Virus record (IMG/VR): IMGVR_UViG_3300024331_000152
Coordinates: 32,001 to 96,000 of that record
DNA: 64,000 nucleotides
DNA from: a virus
Taxonomy: Duplodnaviria; Caudoviricetes
Reading direction: 5' to 3' (one strand)
The position numbers were made by a program, and so were the translations under genes. The notes beneath the pieces are model-generated. The model saw only the letters and a list, made by a program, of their open reading frames with translations, was not told the DNA's origin and made no database searches. Below, in pieces: positions 35,683 to 44,965 of this stretch. Each line of letters starts with the position of its first letter. The stretch's first letter is position 1.

Positions 35683-38370
35683 ATGAGTAGGGACGACTAC
35701 GCCGTTCCAGATAAAGCGCCAGAGAAGCCGCCATCGCGGCGCAAGCGGCCTGCGCTGACAGATGGTGATGTATTGCACAACATCACGCTTCCGGCCAACA
35801 TCGATGCCGAGAAAACGATTCTTGGCGCGGTCTTCATGGACGAGGATTACATCTTCGAAGCCATCGAGAGGCTTCAACCTGAAGACTTTTCTCTTGACTC
35901 ACATAAGCGGATTTTTGCCTGCATGCTTAGCTTGTCGCGTGAGCGCGAGGCAATCGACATCGTCACAGTAAGTAACGATCTCTCAAAGAAAAAAGAGATC
36001 GAGTACATCGGCGGTGTGGCGTATCTTGCGTCTCTGTCGGAAGGTCTGCCAATGAGGCCACAGATCGACGACTATATCCGGATTGTGAAAGACAAGGCAA
36101 TGGCGCGCCGGTTGATTCACGTGTGTTCTAAAACAATCACGCAAGCCTCAGATCAATCAGAGCCATCATTGATCACAGCAAGCGCCCTAAGCGCTGGCCT
36201 TGAGGAAGTGATTTCAGGCAGCGTTCATCGCCGTCTCGTTCCTGTCGATGAAGCGACTATCGAAGTTCTCAACGACTTTGAGAAGCAAGCTCAGCTTACA
36301 GAGACTCCGGGGTTTAGTTGGGGCGTTGAGGGCCTTGACGAGGCGACAGGGGGCATCCAGCCCGGAGAACAAGCCGTTGTCGGCTGCTACTCTGGAGTCG
36401 GTAAGACGACGCTCCTCGCGCAGATCGTGGCCGCAAATTGTCTCAAGGGCCGCAAGATCGCGCTGTTTTTGATCGAGCCAACCAAGAAGACATTTCTTCG
36501 TCAGCTCTACGCTGTGCTTCATGGCATCCGCTACACGGCGTGTACGAAGCCATGGCTCGCTACATCACACGAGAAACAGCAGTTCCGCGACGCCGCGCGC
36601 TTCGTGGCGAATGAGTGGGCTAAGAGCCTATTCCTATTCGACGAACGCAACCTGACGCTTGACGAGGAGATTGCGCACGGTCGTCTGGCAATGCATCGCC
36701 ATGGCGTGGAGTTGATCGGGATCGACTACATCCAACGCATGCAGGTTCCCGCGACCGACAAGAATGAAGACATGCGGCTCCGAATGGGGCGCGCCAGTAT
36801 CGCGAATGCGGAACTAGTGAAGGATACTGGAGCCCGAACATTAGTCTTGTCGCAGTTGAATCGCGGGGGTAATCTTGAATCCGTTCCAACCATGAACATG
36901 CTGCGCGAGTGCGTACATGGCGATACGCGCGTAATTGACGCGGTGAGCGGCAGGCTATGGAAAGTGGCTGATCTTGAGGCTGGCGCGATGATTATGGCAG
37001 TAGATGATTGCCAACACGTTCGGCCTGCCAAAGTGAGTAAAGTGTGGAGTACCGGCGTAAAGCCAGTTTGGAAAGTTAAAACATCGACCGGAAAAACAAT
37101 CACATGCACAGCAAATCATCCACTTCGTTCAGCTACGGGGTGGAAAACTGTAAAAGAACTGCAAACAGGAGACTGCATTGCTTCTGCGATGTATATACCA
37201 GAGGCAAAGGAACCAGAAGATAATCACTATGACCTATGCAGGCTTCTCGGATATTTGACAGGAGATGGGAGCTACCTGCGCAGCAGATCAGTATCATTTA
37301 TTTCCAATGACACAGAGACGTTCGATGATGTGGAAGAAATTATGCTGAATTACTGGCCAAGCATTTCAGTGCATCGCAAAAAAAGTTCCCGATACCACGA
37401 GGCCAGCTTCACAATGGCGGGGAATGTGTCGAAAAATAACGGCAATCCTGTGCGAGTATTTCTTCAGGAAATTGGCGTATATGGGCAGCGTGACAGTGAA
37501 AAACATATTCCGGAGTACGTCTGGGCTCGCGGTAGAGAAGGTGCGCGGCAATTTTTAGCCGGTTATCTCGCCACGGACGGGTGCGTTAAAAAAGAAAAAT
37601 ACAACTCCGGGCTGACAGGATGGCGAGTTCACTTCGATAGCACCAGCTATCGGCTAGCGAGAGATATACAAACGCTCCTCCAAAGACTTGGAATAGTGTC
37701 TTCAATTTCAAACGGATACACTTCCAAGAAAGCAACAAAGCCACTCTATCGTGTGTACCTCAGTTCCTATAAACCAAATCTTTTATGGTTTGCCTCAACG
37801 ATTCCAGTGAGAGGTCGCAAAGCGGAGTTGTTGGCGTCAGCAGCGGCGTGGTGCGACAACACGAAGACAATAACCAATTCAGGCCCGTTCGGTCTTCCTC
37901 GTGAGATTAGCCGCTACGCGTCTATTCGTTACGCTGGCCTGTGGAAAGATCAAGGGAAAATGATGGACAGGGAAAGGGCCGCTGCGCTGGCATGTAAATT
38001 TTCAGATCAATGGCTATTGTCTTACGCCAAGAGCGATTTGTTATGGGAAAAAGTTGTTGCTATTGAACCGGCTGGAGAGGCTGAGGTGTACGATCTTACA
38101 GTGCCAGAAACGGGAGCGTTTTTAGCAGACGGTCTAGTTGCGCATAATAGTGGTCAGCTTGAGAATGACGCTACAACGATCTGCCTATTGCACCTCAAGT
38201 GGGATTCTGATCTCGGCCACTTCACAGATGAGGGAGCTGGGATCATCTGCAAGCAGCGCTTCGGGGTTCCGTGTAACGTGAAACTTTTCAAGGATTCAAA
38301 GACTGCAAAGTGGTGTTCCGGCGACAGGCCGGAAGGTGAAGTGGCGTACGAGCAGCCAAAGCTTTACTAG
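35683..38370 (+). CDS. dnaB: Replicative DnaB-like helicase with intein
   Basis: PANIDAEKTILGA N-domain, GCYSGVGKT Walker A, IDYIQ, LSQLNR, LRE|..|SGQLENDA. Confidence 0.92.
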   Translation: MSRDDYAVPDKAPEKPPSRRKRPALTDGDVLHNITLPANIDAEKTILGAVFMDEDYIFEAIERLQPEDFSLDSHKRIFACMLSLSREREAIDIVTVSNDLSKKKEIEYIGGVAYLASLSEGLPMRPQIDDYIRIVKDKAMARRLIHVCSKTITQASDQSEPSLITASALSAGLEEVISGSVHRRLVPVDEATIEVLNDFEKQAQLTETPGFSWGVEGLDEATGGIQPGEQAVVGCYSGVGKTTLLAQIVAANCLKGRKIALFLIEPTKKTFLRQLYAVLHGIRYTACTKPWLATSHEKQQFRDAARFVANEWAKSLFLFDERNLTLDEEIAHGRLAMHRHGVELIGIDYIQRMQVPATDKNEDMRLRMGRASIANAELVKDTGARTLVLSQLNRGGNLESVPTMNMLRECVHGDTRVIDAVSGRLWKVADLEAGAMIMAVDDCQHVRPAKVSKVWSTGVKPVWKVKTSTGKTITCTANHPLRSATGWKTVKELQTGDCIASAMYIPEAKEPEDNHYDLCRLLGYLTGDGSYLRSRSVSFISNDTETFDDVEEIMLNYWPSISVHRKKSSRYHEASFTMAGNVSKNNGNPVRVFLQEIGVYGQRDSEKHIPEYVWARGREGARQFLAGYLATDGCVKKEKYNSGLTGWRVHFDSTSYRLARDIQTLLQRLGIVSSISNGYTSKKATKPLYRVYLSSYKPNLLWFASTIPVRGRKAELLASAAAWCDNTKTITNSGPFGLPREISRYASIRYAGLWKDQGKMMDRERAAALACKFSDQWLLSYAKSDLLWEKVVAIEPAGEAEVYDLTVPETGAFLADGLVAHNSGQLENDATTICLLHLKWDSDLGHFTDEGAGIICKQRFGVPCNVKLFKDSKTAKWCSGDRPEGEVAYEQPKLY
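36910..38148 (+). mobile_element. Intein with LAGLIDADG endonuclease (413 aa)
   Basis: Starts CVHGDT after LRE, TANHPL block B, LLGYLTGDG and FLAGYLATDG, ends GLVAHN|S. Confidence 0.92.
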
Positions 38371-38400
38371 CTTAGTCCGGGAGAAGACGAGGAGGGTACG

Positions 38401-39138
38401 ATGGAAATTGTCCACGTCTTGGACGAGAAACAACGTGCACTGGTACTCGAAAGCGGACGAGTGCTTGTGGAGAGCAATGTCACACTCCGTAACGTTTCAA
38501 AGCTGATCGCATGGCATGGTGGGTTCATTGAGCACCTCGCCGATCAAGGTGCTTGGGGAGTTCTCGGATTTGCCAATCAGCACGAGTTCCGGATCGCCAA
38601 AGGCTTCAGCCGGTCAAACTGGTATAGGTTGGTCGCTATAGGTCTGCGATTCCAGAAACTGGACTGTGACAGCTACCTCGCGATGTCAACAGAAAATGCG
38701 GAACGGTTAGGTTTGGAGCGGGAAGATGTTCGCCTCGATCCGGAAAATTTGCGCGCCGCTGCTGAAATGAAAACTTCCGACTTCGCCGACTACCTTGTTA
38801 CCAAGGGAGCCCACGCGGAAGGAAAGTCAAAATCTGAGAAGTGGGCGGAATGGAATTTCAAACTTCGAGCTGAGCAGAAGAAAGTCATGCAAGATGGGCT
38901 GCGCGGTTGGATGGTTGAGCATGAACTCGAAGATGAAACGTTCGCTCTTGAACTTCTAATTGCAGAATACCGCGACCGCCCAGCAATGACGACATTTATG
39001 CTTGATGCGAAAGATAAGCTCACGCAGGCGATTAAAGAAACTTCGGATCTCAGCAGTTTAAAACTGACCGTAGCAAATCACGTTTTAGAAATGGGTCATA
39101 TAATTGAAGTGTGCTGCGGTGAAGTAGACGCAGCATAG
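38401..39138 (+). CDS. Hypothetical protein
   Basis: GGAGGG RBS, long ORF. Confidence 0.7.
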   Translation: MEIVHVLDEKQRALVLESGRVLVESNVTLRNVSKLIAWHGGFIEHLADQGAWGVLGFANQHEFRIAKGFSRSNWYRLVAIGLRFQKLDCDSYLAMSTENAERLGLEREDVRLDPENLRAAAEMKTSDFADYLVTKGAHAEGKSKSEKWAEWNFKLRAEQKKVMQDGLRGWMVEHELEDETFALELLIAEYRDRPAMTTFMLDAKDKLTQAIKETSDLSSLKLTVANHVLEMGHIIEVCCGEVDAA

Positions 39139-39140
39139 CC

Positions 39141-39205
39141 GCCGAGGTCAGGTGAGGTATGTCGTCGTGAGTTGACGCGAGGCGCGGCTGGGTGCGGTAT
39201 GGTTA
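39141..39205 (+). repeat. GGY-NN pentamer mini-array (13 units)
   Basis: GCCGA GGTCA GGTGA GGTAT GTCGT CGTGA GTTGA CGCGA GGCGC GGCTG GGTGC GGTAT GGTTA. Confidence 0.8.
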
Positions 39206-39207
39206 AA

Positions 39208-39235
39208 GAAAAGGGTGGCTTCGGCTACCCTTTTC
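39208..39235 (+). terminator. Intrinsic terminator closing the mini-array
   Basis: GAAAAGGGTGGC-TTCG-GCTACCCTTTTC. Confidence 0.75.
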
Positions 39236-39267
39236 GGTTTAGATGGTTCGAGAGAGGAGACAGCGTA

Positions 39268-39549
39268 ATGCAATCAGTATCGCCTGTTCTAACGGAAAAG
39301 GAAGTAGAAACAGAGCAAGTCATTGCTCTGGACCAGAAGAGATACTACCCCATCATTGTCTGCCGATACGTATACCACGACAAAGATGGAAACCCGGATG
39401 GAGCCGCGAGTCTTACCCGGTATCGCTTCACTGATGAAGATCGCGCGCTGATTGCAAAAGGTGCCGACTTGATTCTCTCGCAGCCGCATCATGCGCAGAT
39501 GATGCCGGTAGGTTTGCAGCTAGCAATGCCAGATGAGTACCCAGTTTAG
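39268..39549 (+). CDS. Hypothetical phage protein
   Basis: GAGGAG RBS; IALDQ..Y.P..RYRFTDEDRALIAKGADL. Confidence 0.65.
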   Translation: MQSVSPVLTEKEVETEQVIALDQKRYYPIIVCRYVYHDKDGNPDGAASLTRYRFTDEDRALIAKGADLILSQPHHAQMMPVGLQLAMPDEYPV

Positions 39550-39589
39550 TTCTTGACAAGTAATTACTGCCAGTATAGTGTCTTCGGTA

Positions 39590-39753
39590 TGCCTCAGCGA
39601 GTCGTAAGGGTTACGATCTGGATTTGTCTGCGATGCGGTCACGAGTGGAGTAGTAAGGATGGTAGTAAGCCAGTCTGCTGTGGGAGCTGCAAATCGCCGT
39701 ATTGGGATCGTCCTAGACAATCCGCAAAACAAAAGGCTACCGGGGGGAAATAA
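39590..39753 (+). CDS. Small zinc-ribbon protein, first gene of RAMP operon 1
   Basis: CLRCGHEW..PVCCGSCKSPYWD; promoter TTGACA(39553)..TATAGT; TAATG coupling to the next gene. Confidence 0.7.
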
Positions 39754-40421
39754 TGGCAACAAAGAAAGCGGCACCTGCGCCAACGCAGGATAGCAAGAGC
39801 GCTGTCGTACAAATCAAACCACCAAAGTTTCAGATTGGTGTTTTTAAAATCACTGGCACAGCACCGTTGGTGATGAACAAGTTTCCGCAAAAAGCCCTTG
39901 AGCAGATGGAAGACAAGCAGCGCGCAGGCAGTCAGGCGCGCAAGGGGCAAAAGAGAGAGTCGAAAGATTTCGAATCTCTCTATGAGGGCGCAAAACATAT
40001 CGCGCGGCAAGGCTGGTGTGGTATCCCAGCGTCGGCGTTCCGAAATGCAATGATCTCCGCCTGCCGTCTCGTTAATTTTAAAATGACACTCGCGAAGCTG
40101 ACGATCTTCATCGAAGCGGATGGTTTCGATAAAGACGAAGGCACGCCGCTGGTGCGGATCACATCCGGCAATCCGAAGCCAGTAAAGATGGCTGTCAGAA
40201 ATGCAACTGGCGTCTGTGATGTTCGTATCCGCCCGATGTGGGACGAATGGTCGGCTGTCCTGCGCATTCGTTTCGACAACGACCAATTCTCACTTACTGA
40301 CGTCGCCAACTTGCTGGACCGAGTTGGCCAGCAGGTCGGACTCTTGGAAGGCAGGCCCGACTCGAAGGCGTCGGCTGGCATGGGTTGGGGACTATTCAGA
40401 ATTGAGGAGGCTAAGAAATAA
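39753..40421 (+). CDS. Stand-alone RAMP/Cas7-like RNA-binding protein 1
   Basis: FKITGTAPLVMN first strand, GIPASAFRNAM helix, VRIRPMW thumb, C-terminal Gly-loop VGLLEGRPDSKASAGMGWGLF. Confidence 0.7.
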   Translation: MATKKAAPAPTQDSKSAVVQIKPPKFQIGVFKITGTAPLVMNKFPQKALEQMEDKQRAGSQARKGQKRESKDFESLYEGAKHIARQGWCGIPASAFRNAMISACRLVNFKMTLAKLTIFIEADGFDKDEGTPLVRITSGNPKPVKMAVRNATGVCDVRIRPMWDEWSAVLRIRFDNDQFSLTDVANLLDRVGQQVGLLEGRPDSKASAGMGWGLFRIEEAKK

Positions 40422-40873
40422 TGGGCACACTCTCGGCGAGTACACCAATCATTGACGAACTTCGTGCAATCGCGGCAAAGCACGAAGGTCGTCTTCACGC
40501 AGAAGAAGTTGTCAAAGCCGCCCGTTCTCAGAATTCTCCTTTACATGACAAGTTCATGTGGGACGATACTGAAGCGGCTCATCAGTATCGCCTAGAGCAG
40601 GCGCGCCACTTAATCCGTACGACGATTCAGTACATCGATGTCGGCGGATCGCCGCGCCCCGTGAATGTATTTGTGAGTCTCAGTAGCGACCGTGAAGATG
40701 GCGGCGGCTACAGAGAGCTACAAACGGTTCTCAAAAAGAAAGAGCATCGAGAGGTTCTTCTCGCCGACGCTCTCAAAGAGATGCGGTCGTTTGTGGATCG
40801 GTATGAGACGATCAAGCGGCTCAGTAAGGTCGTCGGTGAAATGAAAAGAATCTTGAAGACAGTGGCAGCATAA
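40421..40873 (+). CDS. Accessory protein coupled to the RAMP gene
   Basis: TAATG coupling; SPLHDKFMWDDTEAAHQYRLEQARHLIR; immediately followed by the pentamer array. Confidence 0.7.
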   Translation: MGTLSASTPIIDELRAIAAKHEGRLHAEEVVKAARSQNSPLHDKFMWDDTEAAHQYRLEQARHLIRTTIQYIDVGGSPRPVNVFVSLSSDREDGGGYRELQTVLKKKEHREVLLADALKEMRSFVDRYETIKRLSKVVGEMKRILKTVAA

Positions 40874-41404
40874 GTACGTTCGGGTGCGGCAGGTATGGTA
40901 AGGACGGGGATGCTTTGGAAGGGTTCGTTGTGGTGCGCTTAGGTGAGGCATCGCATTGCAGGCGCGGATAGGTTGGGTTTCGTTCGCAGTGATGTGGCTT
41001 GCAATGGAGATTTGAGCTACGGAGTTGCAGGCATGGTAAGGTTCGCAAGGTTTGTCTGGGTAAGCTGAGCTACGGAGTTGCAGGTGTGGTTAGGCCCGGT
41101 TGGTTAGGAAGTGAGTGGCAAGCCGAGGCATTGCAGGTACGGTTGGGTGAGTCTAGTTCGGGCTCGTCAGGGCGTGGCAAGGTGCGGAGTTGCAGGTTAG
41201 GAATGGTCCGGTAAGGCGCAGTACGGATGCGCCGGGAAGGGCAACGCTTTGCAGGCGAGGAGAGGACTGGTTAGGTTTGCTGTGGTCCGCTCGGGTATTG
41301 CAGGTGTGGAACGGGCGGCTAGGTCCGGCTGTGTTCGCTAAGGCTGCGCGGGGTTGGGCTGAGTGAGGTAAATAAGCAGAGTGTCGGGTAACCGACACTC
41401 TGCT
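40874..41404 (+). repeat. Multi-unit GGY-NN array: 8 units separated by TGCA, closed by a 13-bp hairpin
   Basis: CGGCAGG at 40887 and TTGCAGG at 40956, 41025, 41078, 41131, 41190, 41249, 41298 (spacing 69,69,53,53,59,59,49); AGCAGAGTGTCGG-GTAA-CCGACACTCTGCT at 41375-41404. Confidence 0.9.
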
Positions 41405-41422
41405 AAAAACTTGGAGGTTTTG

Positions 41423-41857
41423 ATGGGTAAGACGGTCAATAAAGTTTTTCTGCTTGGCAATGTTGGAAAAGATCCTGACATGAAGTCAACAGGCGGCGGC
41501 ACGCTCGTAGCGAGCTTCTCTCTCGCTACAGCAGATCGAACAAAAGACGCTCAAGGTAATTGGAGTGAGCGCGCCGAATGGCACAACCTTAAAGCCTTCG
41601 GTCGTACTGCCGAGATCATCCGCGACTATGTCGTGAAGGGCTCAAAGATCTTCGTCGAGGGCAAGCTTCAGACCAGTAGCTGGGACGACAAGCAGAGCGG
41701 CAAGAAAGTCTACCGCACTGAGATTATTGTCAACGACATCTCACTACTCGGCGGGCGCGAGGATTCAGGATCTGGTGGCGGTCAGTCGTATGGCAAGCAG
41801 TCGCGTGATGATTCGTACGACGCGGACCCGATCACAGACGAGGATATACCCTTTTAG
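41423..41857 (+). CDS. ssb: Single-stranded DNA-binding protein
   Basis: VNKVFLLGNVGKDP, EWH, KGSKIFVEGKLQT, C-terminal DEDIPF. Confidence 0.95.
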   Translation: MGKTVNKVFLLGNVGKDPDMKSTGGGTLVASFSLATADRTKDAQGNWSERAEWHNLKAFGRTAEIIRDYVVKGSKIFVEGKLQTSSWDDKQSGKKVYRTEIIVNDISLLGGREDSGSGGGQSYGKQSRDDSYDADPITDEDIPF

Positions 41858-41895
41858 AAAACCCTTTCTGAAGAAAACTGTGATACAGTCTATTC

Positions 41896-42333
41896 ATGAA
41901 GAAGACGTGTTTTCGATGCGGGAAAGAATTGGATATCGAGATGTTTTATCGGCATCCACGAATGGCCGATGGGCGTCTCGGAAAATGCAAGGACTGTACT
42001 CGTGAAGATGTCACAACAAACCGTAACGCAAAAATCGATAAAGTGCGCGCATATGACAGATTGCGAGGCGTAACGCAAAAGAGAATCAAAAGCAACACTC
42101 GAAACACGAAGAGGTGGCGCGCGAAAAGTCCTCGTAAGTACGCAGCTCACAATCTTCTTAACAATGCGATCCGCGACGGGAAGTTGAAAAGCAAACCGTG
42201 CGAGCGCTGCGGAGCAGAAAAAGTTCATGCTCACCACGAAAACTACGACAAGCCGCTGGAGGTTGTTTGGCTGTGTACGGTACACCATCACCAGCGGCAT
42301 AAGGAAATGAAGGCAGCAGGAATCGTACCGTAA
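41896..42333 (+). CDS. HNH-like protein
   Basis: KTCFRC..FY..DG..KCKDC, PCERCG..HAHHENYDKPLEVVWLCTVHH. Confidence 0.75.
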   Translation: MKKTCFRCGKELDIEMFYRHPRMADGRLGKCKDCTREDVTTNRNAKIDKVRAYDRLRGVTQKRIKSNTRNTKRWRAKSPRKYAAHNLLNNAIRDGKLKSKPCERCGAEKVHAHHENYDKPLEVVWLCTVHHHQRHKEMKAAGIVP

Positions 42334-42344
42334 TCCTTGGAGGG

Positions 42345-42614
42345 ATGATGAGTAAAAAGCGGCTATGGATTGTGTTGAGTGTTGCTGGTTTCGCGGTAGG
42401 GTGTGGAAAGAGTTACTCAGATTTACAAGATGAGAGACTTGAGAACCTTTCTGCAAACATTTCCTATCACAAAGATGACCGTACTGGCTTATGTTTTGCC
42501 GCGATATCTTCGCGCACATATGGAGCCGATACGGTTGTGAGCATCGCTAACGTCCCATGCGCTAACGTCGAGAAGTATATCGTGAAAGGAAAAACATATG
42601 GAATGGAACCATAA
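42345..42614 (+). CDS. Small lipoprotein
   Basis: Lipobox FAVGC; YHKDDRTGLCFA. Confidence 0.65.
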   Translation: MMSKKRLWIVLSVAGFAVGCGKSYSDLQDERLENLSANISYHKDDRTGLCFAAISSRTYGADTVVSIANVPCANVEKYIVKGKTYGMEP

Positions 42615-43116
42615 AGGGGTCATGATCGAGGCGACAGCGGCAGGCACGTTCAGGGCTGTTTTTGACGGCACCCACATCAGCAAAGGGTCGCTCTCAGCCG
42701 TTAAGAAAGACATCGACAAACGTCTGGAAGAGAAAGCCAAAGAAGTGACGCTGAGTTTACCTGTAGTGGTGCTGAGAGCCTCCGATAGGTTTTCTGGTAC
42801 CAAACGGGAAATCGATTCAGCGGTCATCACTGGTATTGACCGAAACTCTCTGAAAGCCATTGGTCATAATATTGAAGCGAAGGCCGGTTGGAAAAACGAC
42901 GAGATCCTTCCGGAGTCAAAAGAAAACAAGAAGTTACTTCATGACTACGTGCAGGCTGAAGCGGAATTTAATCGGCTGAAAGAACTCGTAGACAGACGTT
43001 CCGTGGACACTTACTTCGGCAGTGCTTTTAGTGTCCGGAACAAAATTCAGTACCATGAGGCCGTCAAAAAGCTTGAAGAGAGCTACGCTAAGGCGAAGAA
43101 GAGTGAAGCGGATTAA
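42598..43116 (+). CDS. Hypothetical protein
   Basis: AAGGA RBS, operon context. Confidence 0.6.
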   Translation: MEWNHKGVMIEATAAGTFRAVFDGTHISKGSLSAVKKDIDKRLEEKAKEVTLSLPVVVLRASDRFSGTKREIDSAVITGIDRNSLKAIGHNIEAKAGWKNDEILPESKENKKLLHDYVQAEAEFNRLKELVDRRSVDTYFGSAFSVRNKIQYHEAVKKLEESYAKAKKSEAD

Positions 43117-43563
43117 GGGCTGGCCAGTGATGAAAGAGAAGTGCGCGTCGTGCCCGTTTGGGCCGAACGGCGACCGCGAACTGCGCGCGAAAGTCATAGA
43201 ACGCACCGGATTCAACGCGAGCCAAATCTGCCATCACCCAGCGATACATGGCAAGAAACAGACACATCTCTGCCGGGGAGCCCGCGACGAGCAGTTGACA
43301 ATCTTGCACCGCATGGGCTGGATATCAGAGCCGACCGACGCGGCATTCGCGGAAACATCGAGGAGGATACTTGGCACATGATGCGCAGAAAACTTATCTA
43401 GGCGACGGCGTCTACGCTCAGCATCGCGAGGATGATGCGATTTTACTGACCGTCGAAGATGGCCTTGGACATAACGAACAAATTGTTCTCGAATTCGAGG
43501 TCTATACGGCTCTTGTCCAGTATGCCTGCCGCGTGTGGCCGGGAGGCGACGGTGGATAAGCCG

Positions 43564-43950
43564 ATGTTCCCTAAGCCCGGGCAGATCAAAAAGCAGCCGG
43601 AAGCTGTGAAGGTTCTCAAGGACGGTAGGGAAATTTGTAACATGAACACCACAGCCGGACGTAAGGAATACTTCCGTCGTATCCGGGTCATGTGGGAACG
43701 ACAAGACAAGGTATGCTGCCTGTACGGCAAAGTGGAAGGGTGCCCGGGCAGGCTCAGTATTGTCGATGCCACCTTCGAACATCAGGATGGCAGAGGGCAC
43801 GGCGGAGGTCATCACGATGACAGAATCGAGAAGCCAGATCCTGTTACAGGAGAGATTAAGCCATACAACGGAGCGGCGCACAACCTTTGCAATATGAGAA
43901 AGGGCTCAGTCAGAATGGACTACAACTCTGACATCTTGGAGGCGATATGA
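43564..43950 (+). CDS. HNH-like protein
   Basis: WERQ..CC..ATFEHQDGRG..NGAAHNLCN. Confidence 0.55.
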   Translation: MFPKPGQIKKQPEAVKVLKDGREICNMNTTAGRKEYFRRIRVMWERQDKVCCLYGKVEGCPGRLSIVDATFEHQDGRGHGGGHHDDRIEKPDPVTGEIKPYNGAAHNLCNMRKGSVRMDYNSDILEAI

Positions 43951-44372
43951 GATCAATTGGAGAACACTTCGTATGTCTCACGCATCCCGCTTTCAAAGAG
44001 CTGGACGATGCGATAGAAGTAAGGCATGTTATGAGGTGTCACGGCGTGCAGGGCTGGACGATAGAGAGCTGCTTGATATGTGGAGGTTTTCATCTTCGCA
44101 AGCCGAGCATGTCGCGTGATAAGCGGCGGCTGCTCTGGTTCTTAGCCTGCGTGATTGTAATAGTGCTCGCAGCAGTGGGAGCATCAGTATTTAATAGCTT
44201 GTTCTGGTTTGGCGCATGGGAACTGATCGGGTTCATGGTTGCGGTAGTTGGCGTTTATTGGCAGTATGGCAAACTGTGATGCGCGCAATTTACTTGACAC
44301 CCGAAATCCGGTAGCGCAGAGTAATAGATAACCCAGTCCAGATACTGGAATGTTTTCCGGGAGAAAACATCA

Positions 44373-44957
44373 ATGTCATGGAAAGATATTGTCTGGAAAG
44401 AGCACGATGTGCCTGTTCCTGACGCTCAGCCTCATCACTCATCTCCTGCGCCGCCAGCTCCGGTCGATACTCCAGTTGTCACTGAGAGTTCTCCAGTGAG
44501 CCCCGAAACGCCCGATGCAGACATCTACCAGCGCTTAGTGGGAAAGACCGACTGGGAGAGTACACCGGTCTTTCTCGCGATCAAGAAGCACCTTGCGCCG
44601 ATGAAAGATGTAGCAATCGATCCCAAGACGAAGTTCACTATCGCGCTCAAACAGGCAATGGAGATGGATGGGATAAACCCTGCCGACGTCACTGCCGCCT
44701 TTGAATCTGCCAAGGCAAATCTCCAGAGTCAACTGAGCAACTTTAAGCAGATAGTAATGAATAAGACGGCGACTGATGTCGATGCGAAGAAAAAGAAGGC
44801 CGAAGAGCTTCAACAACAGGTACAACAGCTCACCAAAGAAGCCTTCGATGCGCAATCTAGACTTCAGACTCGCGAGCATGCCTTTGAGTTTGCTGCCCAG
44901 CAACGTCTTGCTGAGATCACCACAAAACAGGCCGAATACAGCAGCCTATTATCCTAA
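44373..44957 (+). CDS. Coiled-coil protein, first gene of the ABC/OmpA operon
   Basis: Promoter TTGACA(44295), CCGGGAG RBS, helical C-terminus. Confidence 0.65.
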   Translation: MSWKDIVWKEHDVPVPDAQPHHSSPAPPAPVDTPVVTESSPVSPETPDADIYQRLVGKTDWESTPVFLAIKKHLAPMKDVAIDPKTKFTIALKQAMEMDGINPADVTAAFESAKANLQSQLSNFKQIVMNKTATDVDAKKKKAEELQQQVQQLTKEAFDAQSRLQTREHAFEFAAQQRLAEITTKQAEYSSLLS

Positions 44958-44965
44958 GGAGACCC

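Noticed and set aside
40874-41404. Canonical CRISPR array
   Set aside because: No 23-47 nt identical repeats with unique spacers; only a 7-nt linker motif and 5-nt periodicity, and no cas1, cas2 or cas6.
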